NCBI GenBank assembly: GCA_030679985.1
Contig: JAUXSI010000026.1
Coordinates: 1 to 53,006 of the forward strand
From: Candidatus Moraniibacteriota bacterium
GTDB taxonomy: Bacteria; Patescibacteriota; Minisyncoccia; Moranbacterales; UBA2206
Direction: 5' to 3'
DNA length: 53,006 nt
How positions within the stretch are numbered: position 1 is the first letter of the stretch; each line of letters opens with the position of its first letter. Below, one piece after another: positions 17,485-27,400 of this stretch. The position numbers and the translations under genes are program-made. A model generated the notes under the pieces. It ran no database searches and was not told the origin of the DNA. It saw only the letters and a list, made by a program, of their open reading frames with translations.

Positions 17485-18567
17485 ATGGTTTTCGAAAAAC
17501 CGACAATTGCGGGAAAAATCCTCCCCAGTATTGAGCGGGCGAAAGATTTCGGATTTAAGGAAAAAATTGATGCGGACGGCATCAGGGAAATCATCACGAT
17601 TGGTAACGAGAGAAGGGGTGGGTGCCCTTTCTCTTGCCCTGGCTGCGGGGTGCATGACGAAGTTTTTCTAGTTTCCGATAGTTCAAATAGGATGTATATG
17701 CAAGAAGCGTTGAATATCTTGAAAATCAAGCTATCGCAACGGCGGGAGCAGTTTAAAGCAAACGGATATCATCCTTGCATATACAATCAAGGCAATACGA
17801 CCAATAAGGAAGAATTATCCAGAGACAACCTGGCCTTTCTCTTGCGGGGGTTGAGTGAATTGGATCCGCTACCGGAATATGTTTCTTTGAATTCAAGAGG
17901 CGCATTCATCGACTCGGAATTGCTGGACGAAATCAACCGTTTGGGTTTGCCTTTCGGAGTCCACTTTATTATCGGAGTGGAAAGTTTGACAGACAAGGGT
18001 AGCGCCATGTATGGCAAGAAAAATATAGCTCAAGAAATAGCCAAGTTATTCTCAGTTTTGCAAGACAGTAATCGAAGACCAGGGCAAAAACAACTTTTCG
18101 GGATTGATGCCGGATTCGTTTTTTTGCCGGAGTTCTATCTGGCAGAAGGCGAAACAAGACAGGATAAGGAAAAAGTTAAGCAAGGTTTTATCTCGGATGT
18201 AGAAGTATTCATCGACCAGTACGTTGGCAAGGGTGTGCCGGCCAGGATCAATCTGCATCCGTATTACAAAATTCCCAGCTTGCCACAGGAAGATTCTTGC
18301 GAGGCATTCACGGAATTCATGACGGGTGTCATGGCATTGATAGTAGAATTGCGCCAAATCAATAAAAAGTCATCTCCGGAAGAAAAAGCCGCTTTGTTCA
18401 TCGGGTTGCAAGATTCAGGCTATGGAACGGATAAATGGAAGGATGTTTTCGCAGTCTGGGGTGATGTGGTGGATAGATTGAATGCCCTGAAGGACTATGA
18501 CAGTGAAGAATGTTTTGAAATCATAACTGAGATAATCCAGATTATGGAAAAAGATCTGGTGAAATAA
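17485..18567 (+). CDS. radical SAM enzyme
   Basis: CPFSCPGC is the canonical CxxxCxxC 4Fe-4S/SAM motif near the N-terminus. YNQGNTT and IIGVESLTDKG fit the radical-SAM half-barrel. Start set at MVFEKP (17485), not the overlapping 17353. Confidence 0.8.
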   Translation: MVFEKPTIAGKILPSIERAKDFGFKEKIDADGIREIITIGNERRGGCPFSCPGCGVHDEVFLVSDSSNRMYMQEALNILKIKLSQRREQFKANGYHPCIYNQGNTTNKEELSRDNLAFLLRGLSELDPLPEYVSLNSRGAFIDSELLDEINRLGLPFGVHFIIGVESLTDKGSAMYGKKNIAQEIAKLFSVLQDSNRRPGQKQLFGIDAGFVFLPEFYLAEGETRQDKEKVKQGFISDVEVFIDQYVGKGVPARINLHPYYKIPSLPQEDSCEAFTEFMTGVMALIVELRQINKKSSPEEKAALFIGLQDSGYGTDKWKDVFAVWGDVVDRLNALKDYDSEECFEIITEIIQIMEKDLVK

Positions 18568-18570
18568 AAA

Positions 18571-18600
18571 CTGCCAGCATTGTCAGCTAGCGGTTTTTTT
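18571..18600. terminator. terminator between the radical SAM gene and ychF
   Basis: CTGCCAGC (18571-18578) pairs with GCTAGCGG (18586-18593), with one mismatch and one wobble, then T7. An A-run lies on the other side. Confidence 0.6.
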
Positions 18601-18616
18601 ATATTCCCTGGGATTT

Positions 18617-19663
18617 TTAGATTTTGAATTCCACCACGTCTCCATCCTGCATCACATAATCTTTGCCTTCAGTGCGGAGAGTCCCCAGTTCGCGGGCTTT
18701 GGACCAAGAGCCGGCTTCGAGAAGTTTGTCCCAGTGGATGATTTCGGCGCGGATGAATTTGTCTTTGAAATCGTTGTGGATGGCGGTGCCGGCCAAGGGC
18801 GCGGTCCAGCCTTTCTGGATGGTCCAAGCGCGAGTTTCTTCCACGCCGGTGGTGAAATAGGTGATGAGACCGAGCAGTTCGTAAGCGCGGACGATGAGCT
18901 CATCAATGTTGGAATGGATATCCATTTCCTGCGCTTCTTCTTTGGTCATTTCGATCAATTCTTCCTCGATTTTAATGTCTAATTTCACATGCTTTTTGCT
19001 TTCCAGTTCCGGGGATAATTCCTGATTAACGTCAGCGACATTGTAGATATATAAGAATGGTTTCATGGTCAAAAGAGAGAGTTCGCGCACTACGATCCTG
19101 GTATTGTCTTCTTCCAGATCCAACACGGTTTCATTAGCGAGTTTGCCAGCTTCAAGGTTGGTATTGATTTTGTTCAAAATTTCCAATTGCTCAGCCGCGC
19201 CTTTTTTGTTGCCGCGCGCGTCTTTTTCCAGACGGACTTTAACTTTTTGGACGGTTTCTAGATCGGCTAAAATCAATTCAGTATTTATAACTTCCATATC
19301 ACCCTCCGGATCAATCTTATTATTGACGTGGATGATTTGGGAATTGTCAAAAACCCGCACCACTTGGGCGATAGCGTCCACTTCACGGATATTGGCCAGA
19401 AACTTATTGCCCAATCCTTCGCCTTCCGAGGCGCCTTTGACGATGCCGGCGATGTCGACGAATTCCACGATAGCCGGAATGATCCGCTTGGTTTGGCTCA
19501 TCGCCGAAAGTTTGTCCAGGCGCTCATCCGGCACTTTGACGATGCCGATATTGGGCTCGATGGTGCAAAAAGGGTAGTTATTGATATCTACCTGGGTTCT
19601 GGTCAGGGCTTTAAAAAGAGTTGATTTTCCGACATTGGGCAGGCCGACGATACCTATTTTCAT
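18617..19663 (-). CDS. ychF: ribosome-binding ATPase YchF
   Basis: MKIGIVGLPNVGKSTLFKALT G1 motif, TGS-like C-terminus EGKDYVMQDGDVVEFKI. Confidence 0.96.
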   Translation of the reverse strand: MKIGIVGLPNVGKSTLFKALTRTQVDINNYPFCTIEPNIGIVKVPDERLDKLSAMSQTKRIIPAIVEFVDIAGIVKGASEGEGLGNKFLANIREVDAIAQVVRVFDNSQIIHVNNKIDPEGDMEVINTELILADLETVQKVKVRLEKDARGNKKGAAEQLEILNKINTNLEAGKLANETVLDLEEDNTRIVVRELSLLTMKPFLYIYNVADVNQELSPELESKKHVKLDIKIEEELIEMTKEEAQEMDIHSNIDELIVRAYELLGLITYFTTGVEETRAWTIQKGWTAPLAGTAIHNDFKDKFIRAEIIHWDKLLEAGSWSKARELGTLRTEGKDYVMQDGDVVEFKI

Positions 19664-19669
19664 GGTTTC

Positions 19670-19709
19670 TACGAATTACGAATTAATACGAATTTACGGA
19701 TGTACGAAT
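19670..19709. repeat. array of five TACGRAT heptamers in the ychF leader / divergent promoter region
   Basis: TACGAAT at 19670, 19677, 19687 and 19703; TACGGAT at 19695. The same heptamer builds the 5' part of repeats A-C. Confidence 0.8.
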
Positions 19710-19736
19710 TTTAGCCCAATTGGACGCTTTAATCAA
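19708..19736 (-). promoter_or_regulatory. ychF promoter TTGATT-N17-TAAAAT (minus strand)
   Basis: Reverse complement of 19731-19736 is TTGATT and of 19708-19713 is TAAAAT, with a 17-nt spacer. Confidence 0.5.
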
Positions 19737-19740
19737 TAGC

Positions 19741-19769
19741 TTGAATGCTCCGGGGGATAGTGCTAGAAT
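19741..19769 (+). promoter_or_regulatory. promoter TTGAAT-N17-TAGAAT (extended -10 TGC)
   Basis: Hexamers at 19741-19746 and 19764-19769. The -10 block TGCTAGAATGGGGC is nearly identical to the one at 35155-35168. Confidence 0.6.
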
Positions 19770-19798
19770 GGGGCTATAAAGAAAATAATTAAAAACAT

Positions 19799-21157
19799 AT
19801 GAAAGAATCAATTTTCAAAGCCTATGATATCCGGGGACTTTATCCGAGCGAGATCGGGGAGTTGGAGGTCTATAAGATCGCCCAAGCTTATTGCAAGTTC
19901 GTGAAGCCCAGTACGGTGGTGGTCGGTTCCGATGTGCGGTTGTCTTCGCCCCTGCTCAAACGGGCCGCTATAAAGGCGGTGACGGACGCGGGCGTCAAAG
20001 TGATCGACGTGGGCGAGATCTCGACGGATATGTTGTATTTTTCCGTGGCTAATTATGGTTATGATGGCGGTTTCTCCTTGACGGCTTCACATAATCCCCG
20101 CGAATACAACGGTATGAAATGCGTACGGGAAGAATCGAAACCGATCTCATCCGATAGCGGCTTATTCGAAATCCGCGATATCGCGATGGGGTTGGAAGTG
20201 GATCCGGAAATTTTGCGGGGTGAAATTGATGAGAATCTCGTGGAAAAAAAGGATATCCTCGATGATTATGTCGCTAAAATCAGGACTTTCGCCGATTTTT
20301 CCAAATTCAGGGATTTCAAGATCGTAGCCAATGCCAATTTCGGATTAGCTGGCCGGGCCTTGGACAAACTTTTGGAGGGTACGGATATTTCGGTTGAAAA
20401 ACTGAATTATGAACCGGATGGCAGTTTCCCCAAGGGGCGGCCGGATCCGCTGATTCCGGAAAACCGGGGAGAGACTTCGAATTTGGTGCGCGCGTTCCGG
20501 GCTGATTTCGGAGTGGCTTGGGATGCCGATGCGGACCGCTGCTTTTTCTTTACGGAAAAAGGCGAATTCATCGAGGGTTATTTCGTGACGGCGCTTTTGG
20601 CCAAGATATTTTTACAAAGGCGCAAGGACGAGAAGATAATCCATGATACGCGCCTGACTTGGGCGGTTGAGGATATCGTGGCTAGGAATGGAGGCGTCGA
20701 TGTCCCATCCAAAGCCGGCCATTCCTTCATTAAGGAGCGGATGCGCAAGGAGAATGCCGTGTTCGGCGGTGAAATGAGCGCCCATTATTATTTCCGCGAT
20801 TATTTTTTCTGCGACAATGGGATGATTCCGCTGGTAATGATGATGGAATTTTTGTCCACGCAGAAAAAAACCTTGTCGGAAATCATGCACGAGATGTTTT
20901 GGCGGAAATATTTCGTCAGCGGCGAAATCAATACGTATGTCAATGACGTGCAGGCGGTCGTCGCCAAGGCCAAAGAAATTTATATGCCCGGCGCGGTGAA
21001 AGTCGATGAGACAGACGGCATTTCGATCGATCATGCGGACTGGCGTTTCAACTTCCGCGGATCCAATACCGAACCGCTCATCCGTCTGAATGTCGAAGCC
21101 AAGTCGCAGGAATTGATGGAGCAAAAGACGAAGGAGTTGCTGGAATTGGCCAAATAA
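19799..21157 (+). CDS. phosphomannomutase/phosphoglucomutase family
   Basis: TASHNPREYNGMK phosphoserine loop, GVAWDADADR metal loop, GGEMSAHYYF sugar loop. Confidence 0.93.
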   Translation: MKESIFKAYDIRGLYPSEIGELEVYKIAQAYCKFVKPSTVVVGSDVRLSSPLLKRAAIKAVTDAGVKVIDVGEISTDMLYFSVANYGYDGGFSLTASHNPREYNGMKCVREESKPISSDSGLFEIRDIAMGLEVDPEILRGEIDENLVEKKDILDDYVAKIRTFADFSKFRDFKIVANANFGLAGRALDKLLEGTDISVEKLNYEPDGSFPKGRPDPLIPENRGETSNLVRAFRADFGVAWDADADRCFFFTEKGEFIEGYFVTALLAKIFLQRRKDEKIIHDTRLTWAVEDIVARNGGVDVPSKAGHSFIKERMRKENAVFGGEMSAHYYFRDYFFCDNGMIPLVMMMEFLSTQKKTLSEIMHEMFWRKYFVSGEINTYVNDVQAVVAKAKEIYMPGAVKVDETDGISIDHADWRFNFRGSNTEPLIRLNVEAKSQELMEQKTKELLELAK

Positions 21158-21175
21158 GATCTATAGCGTGAATAA

Positions 21176-21213
21176 ACGCAAAAACATCCCCTAGTCCGGG
21201 GATGTTTTTGCGT
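21176..21213. terminator. bidirectional terminator (PMM / trpS)
   Basis: Perfect 16-bp stem ACGCAAAAACATCCCC / GGGGATGTTTTTGCGT with a 6-nt loop. Confidence 0.85.
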
Positions 21214-21223
21214 TTAGTGAGGC

Positions 21224-22207
21224 CTAAATTATAAAACCGAGCTTCTGTTTCACATCGAACATTTTTTGGGCGGCGATAAGGCGGACTTTGGCGGCACCTT
21301 TAGCAAGGATATCCAGGACTTCCTCGTCGCTGATGGCGCCCATCCTTTCCTGGAGAGGCTTCAAGAAACTGACTAATGCGTCAGCCAGGCCGTTTTTGAA
21401 ATCGCCATAACCCTTGCCGGCGTAGAGCTTTTCAATCTCAGCCGGAGTCCGGTCAGCTAGGAGGGAATAAATATTGATTAGGTTTTTTAAAGCCGGTTTG
21501 CTGTCATTATAAATTATTTCACTGCCGGAATCCGTCACGGCTTTTTTGATTTTCTTGCGGATGATTTCTTCCGAATCAGTCAGAGCTATGTAGTTGTATT
21601 CTGATTTAGCAGATTTGCTCATCTTTTTGGTCGGATCATCCAGGCCCATAATCCTCATTCCTTCCTCTTTGATGAAATGTTGCGGAATGATGAAAGTTTC
21701 GCCGAATTTTTTGTTGAAGCGAGCGGCCAAATCACGAGCCAGCTCGATATGCTGTAATTGGTCTTCGCCGACCGGCACGGTTTCCGTATTGTAGAGCAGA
21801 ATATCAGCCGCCATCAAAACCGGGTAATCGAATAGTCCGACACTGGCGCTTTCCCTCCCATTTTTTTGCGATTTGTCCTTGAACTGGGTCATTTTTTCCA
21901 ATTCGGGTATTTTAGCCAGGGTGTTCAGGATCCAAGCTAATTCAGTGTGTTCCGACACATGCGATTGGATGAAGATGGAAGACTTTTTAGGATCGATGCC
22001 GGCGGCCAGATATATCTTGGCGACTTCGATCGTTTTTTGGCGCAGGATTTCCGGATCCTGCGGCACGGTGATGGCGTGCAGGTCTACCACGCAAAAAATC
22101 GAATCATATTCTTCTTGCAATTTGACCCAGTTTTTGATGGCGCCTAAATAGTTGCCGAGGTGCAGGTTGCCGGATGGTTGGATGCCGGAAAAAATCCGTT
22201 GTTTCAT
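21224..22207 (-). CDS. trpS: tryptophan--tRNA ligase
   Basis: GIQPSGNLHLGNYLG (HIGH-type motif), KMSKS, class I Trp-specific length. Confidence 0.96.
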   Translation of the reverse strand: MKQRIFSGIQPSGNLHLGNYLGAIKNWVKLQEEYDSIFCVVDLHAITVPQDPEILRQKTIEVAKIYLAAGIDPKKSSIFIQSHVSEHTELAWILNTLAKIPELEKMTQFKDKSQKNGRESASVGLFDYPVLMAADILLYNTETVPVGEDQLQHIELARDLAARFNKKFGETFIIPQHFIKEEGMRIMGLDDPTKKMSKSAKSEYNYIALTDSEEIIRKKIKKAVTDSGSEIIYNDSKPALKNLINIYSLLADRTPAEIEKLYAGKGYGDFKNGLADALVSFLKPLQERMGAISDEEVLDILAKGAAKVRLIAAQKMFDVKQKLGFII

Positions 22208-22282
22208 AAGATTTCCTTTAGCTTTTATATATAAAAATTAGCATTAAAAGCGTCCTTTTGCAAACGGAATATTTTTTTATGG

Positions 22283-22288
22283 TATAAT
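22283..22288 (+). promoter_or_regulatory. -10 box TATAAT (TGG extended), 12 nt before the ATG
   Basis: tatGGTATAATGAATCTATcgatATG shares GTATAATGAATYTAT with the promoter at 24371. Implies a very short leader. Confidence 0.5.
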
Positions 22289-22300
22289 GAATCTATCGAT

Positions 22301-23362
22301 ATGAAAACAAATAAAAAAATCATTACGACTTTTGCTTGGATGTTTTTTCTGGTCTTGCCGGCCAGTACGAATTATCAATTGAAGGATTACGGCTTCGGGA
22401 CCGGCGGGACGGACAAGTCTTCTTCGAGTAATTATTCCCTGGAGGCGATTACGGGCGAGTTGGGCGGCAGCCAGGCCGCAAGCGCAGGTTACAAGGTCGG
22501 TCCGGGAATGATTTTTACGGGACAAGCCAATGTACCGGCGGCGCCGACTTTCGATAACCCCGGCAATTATTATAATAAATTGCGGATCATCCTTAATCCC
22601 TCCAATAACGCCAGCGATACCAAATTCGCCATCGCTATCAGTACGGATGATTTCATGACGACCGGATATGTGCAAAATGACAGTACGGTCGGGGCGGTTT
22701 TAGGGTTGGAAGATTATCGGACTTATGCCGGCTGGGGAGGCGCGGGTGGAACTTATATAATCGGTTTGGTAGCCGATACGGCCTACAAAGTAAAGGCCAA
22801 AGCGATGCATGGCAGCTTTTCGGAGACGGATTATGGACCAAGCGCGACTGCCGCTACCGATTCCCAAGCGCTTTCCTTTGATCTGGATGTTTCCGCGACT
22901 GATTCGGAAACTAATGCTCCGTATGCGATCGATCTGGGGAGCGTGAATTACGGCGTCGTGATCGACAGTTCGGACAAGGGTTGGGTCGATTTTGCGACTA
23001 ATGGCGAATTGGGCGGAAACGTGACAGTCAGGGGGTTGAATGCCGGACTTTTAAGTCCGACAGCGGCTTATCTGGTCAGTTCTTTGTCGGGAGATCTTGA
23101 TTCGGCGACGGAAGGCTTCGGCCTGCAAGGATCTTCGGTTGCGCAGGATTCCGGCGGACCGTTCATTATGGATGCCTTATACGACCAGGCCGGAAATATT
23201 ATCGGGATAGCGGATGCGACTGACAGGGAAATTTTTTCGTCAGCCAGTCCGGTGGCCGGTGGCCGCGGCGCATTCCTGTTGAAAGTCAAGACATCCGCGG
23301 ATACTCCTTCCGGAGGTGACTATGGCGAAACCTTGACACTGACGGCTACGGTGAATTTCTAA
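22301..23362 (+). CDS. secreted surface protein with FN3-like segment
   Basis: Signal-like N-terminus (FAWMFFLVLPAST). Repeated NYxL...GG motif. PAAPTF...YKVKAKAMHGSFSETDYGPS looks FN3-like. Terminal strand GDYGETLTLTATVNF. Confidence 0.75.
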   Translation: MKTNKKIITTFAWMFFLVLPASTNYQLKDYGFGTGGTDKSSSSNYSLEAITGELGGSQAASAGYKVGPGMIFTGQANVPAAPTFDNPGNYYNKLRIILNPSNNASDTKFAIAISTDDFMTTGYVQNDSTVGAVLGLEDYRTYAGWGGAGGTYIIGLVADTAYKVKAKAMHGSFSETDYGPSATAATDSQALSFDLDVSATDSETNAPYAIDLGSVNYGVVIDSSDKGWVDFATNGELGGNVTVRGLNAGLLSPTAAYLVSSLSGDLDSATEGFGLQGSSVAQDSGGPFIMDALYDQAGNIIGIADATDREIFSSASPVAGGRGAFLLKVKTSADTPSGGDYGETLTLTATVNF

Positions 23363-23391
23363 TCTTTCCTAAACCCCGGCTGTAGGAAAAT

Positions 23392-24351
23392 ATGCGAATG
23401 GTTATCAAAAAAATAAAAACATATTCATTCTGGGCGTCCGTTTGCTTGCTGTTTTTTGCAAGCCAGCCGGTTTTGGCGGCGGAGAAAAACCCGGGGTTTA
23501 CGCTTTCGCCTTTTTCACAAGAAATAATTATTGAGCCTGGACGGCAAGTGTCCGGTTTTTCCGTTTCGATAGAAAATACGACGGATGCGGAGGCGAGTTT
23601 CCATATTTCGGCGGTTGATTTTTCAATGCGGGATGATTCCGGGAGCGTGACCCTTTTGGAGCCCGATAACCAACCGAGAAAATATGGCTTGGCATCCTGG
23701 ATGGATTTTGATTCGGAGAGGCTGGTGCTTGGACCGGGAGAAAAAAAGAATGTGGATGTTGCGCTAAAAAATGATAGCTCTTTGGCTGTCGGCGGACATT
23801 ACGGCGCGATAGTTTTTAAGATGGAGGGCGCACCGGGATCCGCACCGGTGGCTTTCCAATTGGCCTCGTTGGTTTTCGCGCGGAAAACGGGCGGGGAAGA
23901 ACCGGGAATGGAATTGCAAGGACAGGAATTGCAGACGCGATTTTTGAAAAATCCGGCAGGAGTAAAATTATTTTTTCAAAACACCGGCAATGTCCATCTG
24001 GTTCCGCGGGGAATCGTGCGGGTAATTGATTTTTTCGGCCGGGAAGTGTCGGCGGGAATAATCAATCCGGAGTCGGCGATCATTTTGCCGGAAACTGCCA
24101 GATCTTTTCCGGTCGCGTTCCAAAAATTATCTCCGATGTTTTTTCCAGGACGCTATACCCTTTCGGTGGAATACCGTTTCGACGGGCAGGATGGTTTCGT
24201 AACGCGGAAAACCGGTTTCAATTTAATTCCGATAGGTTCTGCGATTGTTATCGCCAGCGTGATGGCGGTTATTATTGCCGTAAGCCCCATTTTATGGCGT
24301 AAAATCAAAAACAAGAACAAAAAGGCTCAAATAAAAGAGATTCAATCTTGA
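23392..24351 (+). CDS. membrane-anchored two-domain surface protein (CscA / DUF916+DUF3324-like layout)
   Basis: Signal peptide ending VLAAEK; GFTLSPFSQEIIIEPG; GGHYGAIVF. A second beta-rich half follows, then a C-terminal TM helix plus a basic KIKNKNKK tail. Confidence 0.7.
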   Translation: MRMVIKKIKTYSFWASVCLLFFASQPVLAAEKNPGFTLSPFSQEIIIEPGRQVSGFSVSIENTTDAEASFHISAVDFSMRDDSGSVTLLEPDNQPRKYGLASWMDFDSERLVLGPGEKKNVDVALKNDSSLAVGGHYGAIVFKMEGAPGSAPVAFQLASLVFARKTGGEEPGMELQGQELQTRFLKNPAGVKLFFQNTGNVHLVPRGIVRVIDFFGREVSAGIINPESAIILPETARSFPVAFQKLSPMFFPGRYTLSVEYRFDGQDGFVTRKTGFNLIPIGSAIVIASVMAVIIAVSPILWRKIKNKNKKAQIKEIQS

Positions 24352-24376
24352 CTTTTGCCTCCTCATAGTGTATAAT
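24348..24376 (+). promoter_or_regulatory. promoter TTGACT-N17-TATAAT for the giant gene
   Basis: The -35 hexamer (24348-24353) contains the TGA stop (24349-24351) of the preceding gene. The -10 is at 24371-24376. Confidence 0.65.
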
Positions 24377-24395
24377 GAATTTATAGAGCTTGAAG

Positions 24396-24427
24396 AAAGC
24401 GGGTGAATAACGCCCGTTTTCTTTTTT
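24396..24427 (+). promoter_or_regulatory. CGGGTGA leader hairpin + U-tract before the giant gene
   Basis: AAAGCGGGTG aataa CGCCCGTTTT, then CTTTTTT. Begins 19 nt after the -10. Confidence 0.5.
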
Positions 24428-24450
24428 ATTTACGTTAAAAATCTATTTTT

Positions 24451-27400
24451 ATGGGTCCAGGAAACCTAAAAATAAAAATACTTTTAACCGCTATGCTGAT
24501 TATGCTAGGGGGATTTTTTGTTTTTCAAAAAAGCGCTTCGGCGGCGGCCGGAATCAACAAGACGATAAATTTCCAAGGCAAGGTCGTCAATACGGACGGA
24601 ACTAACGTGGCTGACGCGAATTATGATTTCGTTTTCCGGAGTTATGACCAGCAAGCCCCCGGCGGAACCCTTATCTGGACGGAAAGCAAGTCCTTGGCGG
24701 TGGATGATGGTATTTTTCAAACTAATTTGGGCGATGCATCCGCTTTGCCAGGTTCGGTTGATTTCAATACGGATAATATTTATTTAGGCATCGAATTCAA
24801 TAGTAATGGCGAGATGGCTCCGCGCGTGCAGTTCACAGCCGCGCCGTATGCTTTCAACGCGGACAAGTTGGATGGGCAGGATTGGGAAATTCCGGGGGCG
24901 ATCGGATCGGTGACGCCGAACTCCGGAACGTTTACGGCATTGGGGGTTTTGGAATCCGGAATAGCACCTGTCTTCAAGACTATTTTCCAGGGCGCGGACC
25001 AAGCTTCGGACATCACTTACACGCTTCCGGCAATTTCAGCCGATGGGTTATTAAAAAACGATAGCGGAACACTTTCTTGGGATACGGCGAATTACCTGGT
25101 CAACCCGATGTCGACACTAGGGGACATCATATATGGCGGAATATCCGGCGCGCCGACCCGCTTGGCTGGTTCGGCCGGCTTTTTGACTTCGACTGGCGCG
25201 GCCGCACCGGTTTGGACGGCAGCTACGACTGATTATTTCAACCAATACGCTCTTTTGGAGGGCCGTGCAGGCGGACAAGTATGGATAGGTGGGACGGCGG
25301 CCAATGATATGCTGACTATCCAAGGTAATAGCGCTTCAAGCGGCAATGTCGGAACCAACACGGCAATGTTGTTCAAGGTAGGTGATTCCGGCGCAACTAC
25401 GGCTTTCTCTATCTTGCAGGATGGGACTTTAAATTTTCAAAACAGCGCAACCCAAAATATCCGCATTGAAAATGCCGATGCCAGCGTACTGGCTCCGTCT
25501 TGTGATGGAACATCATTAGGGCGGATGTACTATGACACTTCCGCCGGTTCGGCGTTCGTGTGTATCGAGAGCGCGCCTGGTGTCTATGGCTGGTTCGATT
25601 ATACGACGACCAGCGTCCAATCGAATAAAGTGGTGACGGTAGGAACAGGCGGCGATTTCACTTCCATTTCCGCCGGCGCGGGATATCTGAACGCTTTGGG
25701 CGGCGGAATAATATTGCTGACTCCGGAAACGCACAATGTCACCAGTTCCGTGGATTTGTCCAATATCAACCTGATCGGCGCGAATACCGGCGATACCCGC
25801 ATAAATATCACCGGAAGCGGAGTGTTGCGCGTCAAAGAAACGCAATTCAAATCATTGACGATTTATGTCGATGCGGCAATCGCGTCAGCGGCTGGAATCG
25901 ATGCCAAATATGATGCCGCGACCACAACCTCGGTCATTTTCGAATGGGTGGATTTCATCACTAACGGAACGAAGGTGTTGTTGGACAGCTCCGAAGCCAC
26001 AAGTCCGGTTATCAGGACAAGGTTTATCAGCGTTTCCGCCACTTCAGGCACCCAAAAAATATTATTGCCGCAAGCCACTTCCAATATCGACGCGAGTTCG
26101 ACCAACTTTGTCGAATCGCAAGGCGGCAGCGGTGCGTTGGATTTGGAGGACTGGGATGTTAAAATCGCCGGCTCATCCAATGTGAAAACTTCCGGGACCA
26201 TTACGACCATCCCGGCCAGCACCATATATGTTTATCCGGGTATGAACATCCAAGCCGCGATCAACAGCGTTTCAAGCGGAGGAGTGATCACGCTTTTGCC
26301 GGGAGTGCACAATATCACCAGTACGCTTTTAATCGACCGCAGTGACATCCAGATCCAGGGATATGGCGACTCTTCAATCGTACGTGCCGCGGGCTTTGTC
26401 GGCGGCGACCAAGTGGCCGCGTTCCACATCGGATCTCTGGACGGCGCTGTTCCCCAAGACGGAGTGGTGTTGAAGGATTTCCGTTTGGAAGTTTCCGGCA
26501 CCGGCGCCAGCGACATTCACGGTATCCGGGTAGCCGGCGGCGAAGACAATCAGATTTTGAACATATCTGTCGTCAAAACAGCCGGCGCCAGCGGTACGGG
26601 AGCCGGAGCCAGAATCGGTATTTTTATGCTTGACGGGACTGCTGAAAAATTGGCCCGTCCGGTAATCAAAGGCTGCCGCGTTTTGGGCGACTCCGCGGTG
26701 ACGGCGTATTTTACCGACGGAATTCATGTGACTGGCGGCGCCGGATATGGCGTCGGGTCGGGAGTGTGGACCAACGGCCAGGGCGTTGACGGGGCGTTGG
26801 TGGATGGAAACTATGTCGATTATGTGCGGGAAACGGTGGCGGTTTTCGTCGGGACCAACAACAGTTCACTTTTCAATAACCGGTTCACGCGTATGGGCGC
26901 GGGCGGCGGCGGAGCTTTCGGTGTGTTTATGGGTAATGCGTCCAATGTCAATATGACAGCCAATGTGGTCAGTACTTCCCTTTCGACGGCTTCTTCCGGA
27001 ATCGTCATAGACGGTTTGGACTCGGGTAGTTTGAAACAAATGACCGATTCGGCATTCACTTCCAATACGGTCGACGGCTCGGCCAATGGCGGAGTGGGAT
27101 TCGCGACCGGCGTGGTAATCGGAGCGGCGGCCAATACCGGATTTCATCGCAATCTATTCACGAATAACATAATTAACGGCGCTTCCGATCTGGTGACGGT
27201 GGCGATCAGGATCACCGGAAATGCGGATGACAATAATTTTTCCAATAATTCCATAAATGGAATCAATAATGCTTGGGATACCGGAATCAATATCGTTTCA
27301 AACACCGCTGATCGCAATTTCATCGGCAAGAACGCGTTTATCAATGTGACGGCAACAGTAGCCGATGCCGGTATCGCGACCCAATTGAATGTGACCCAGC

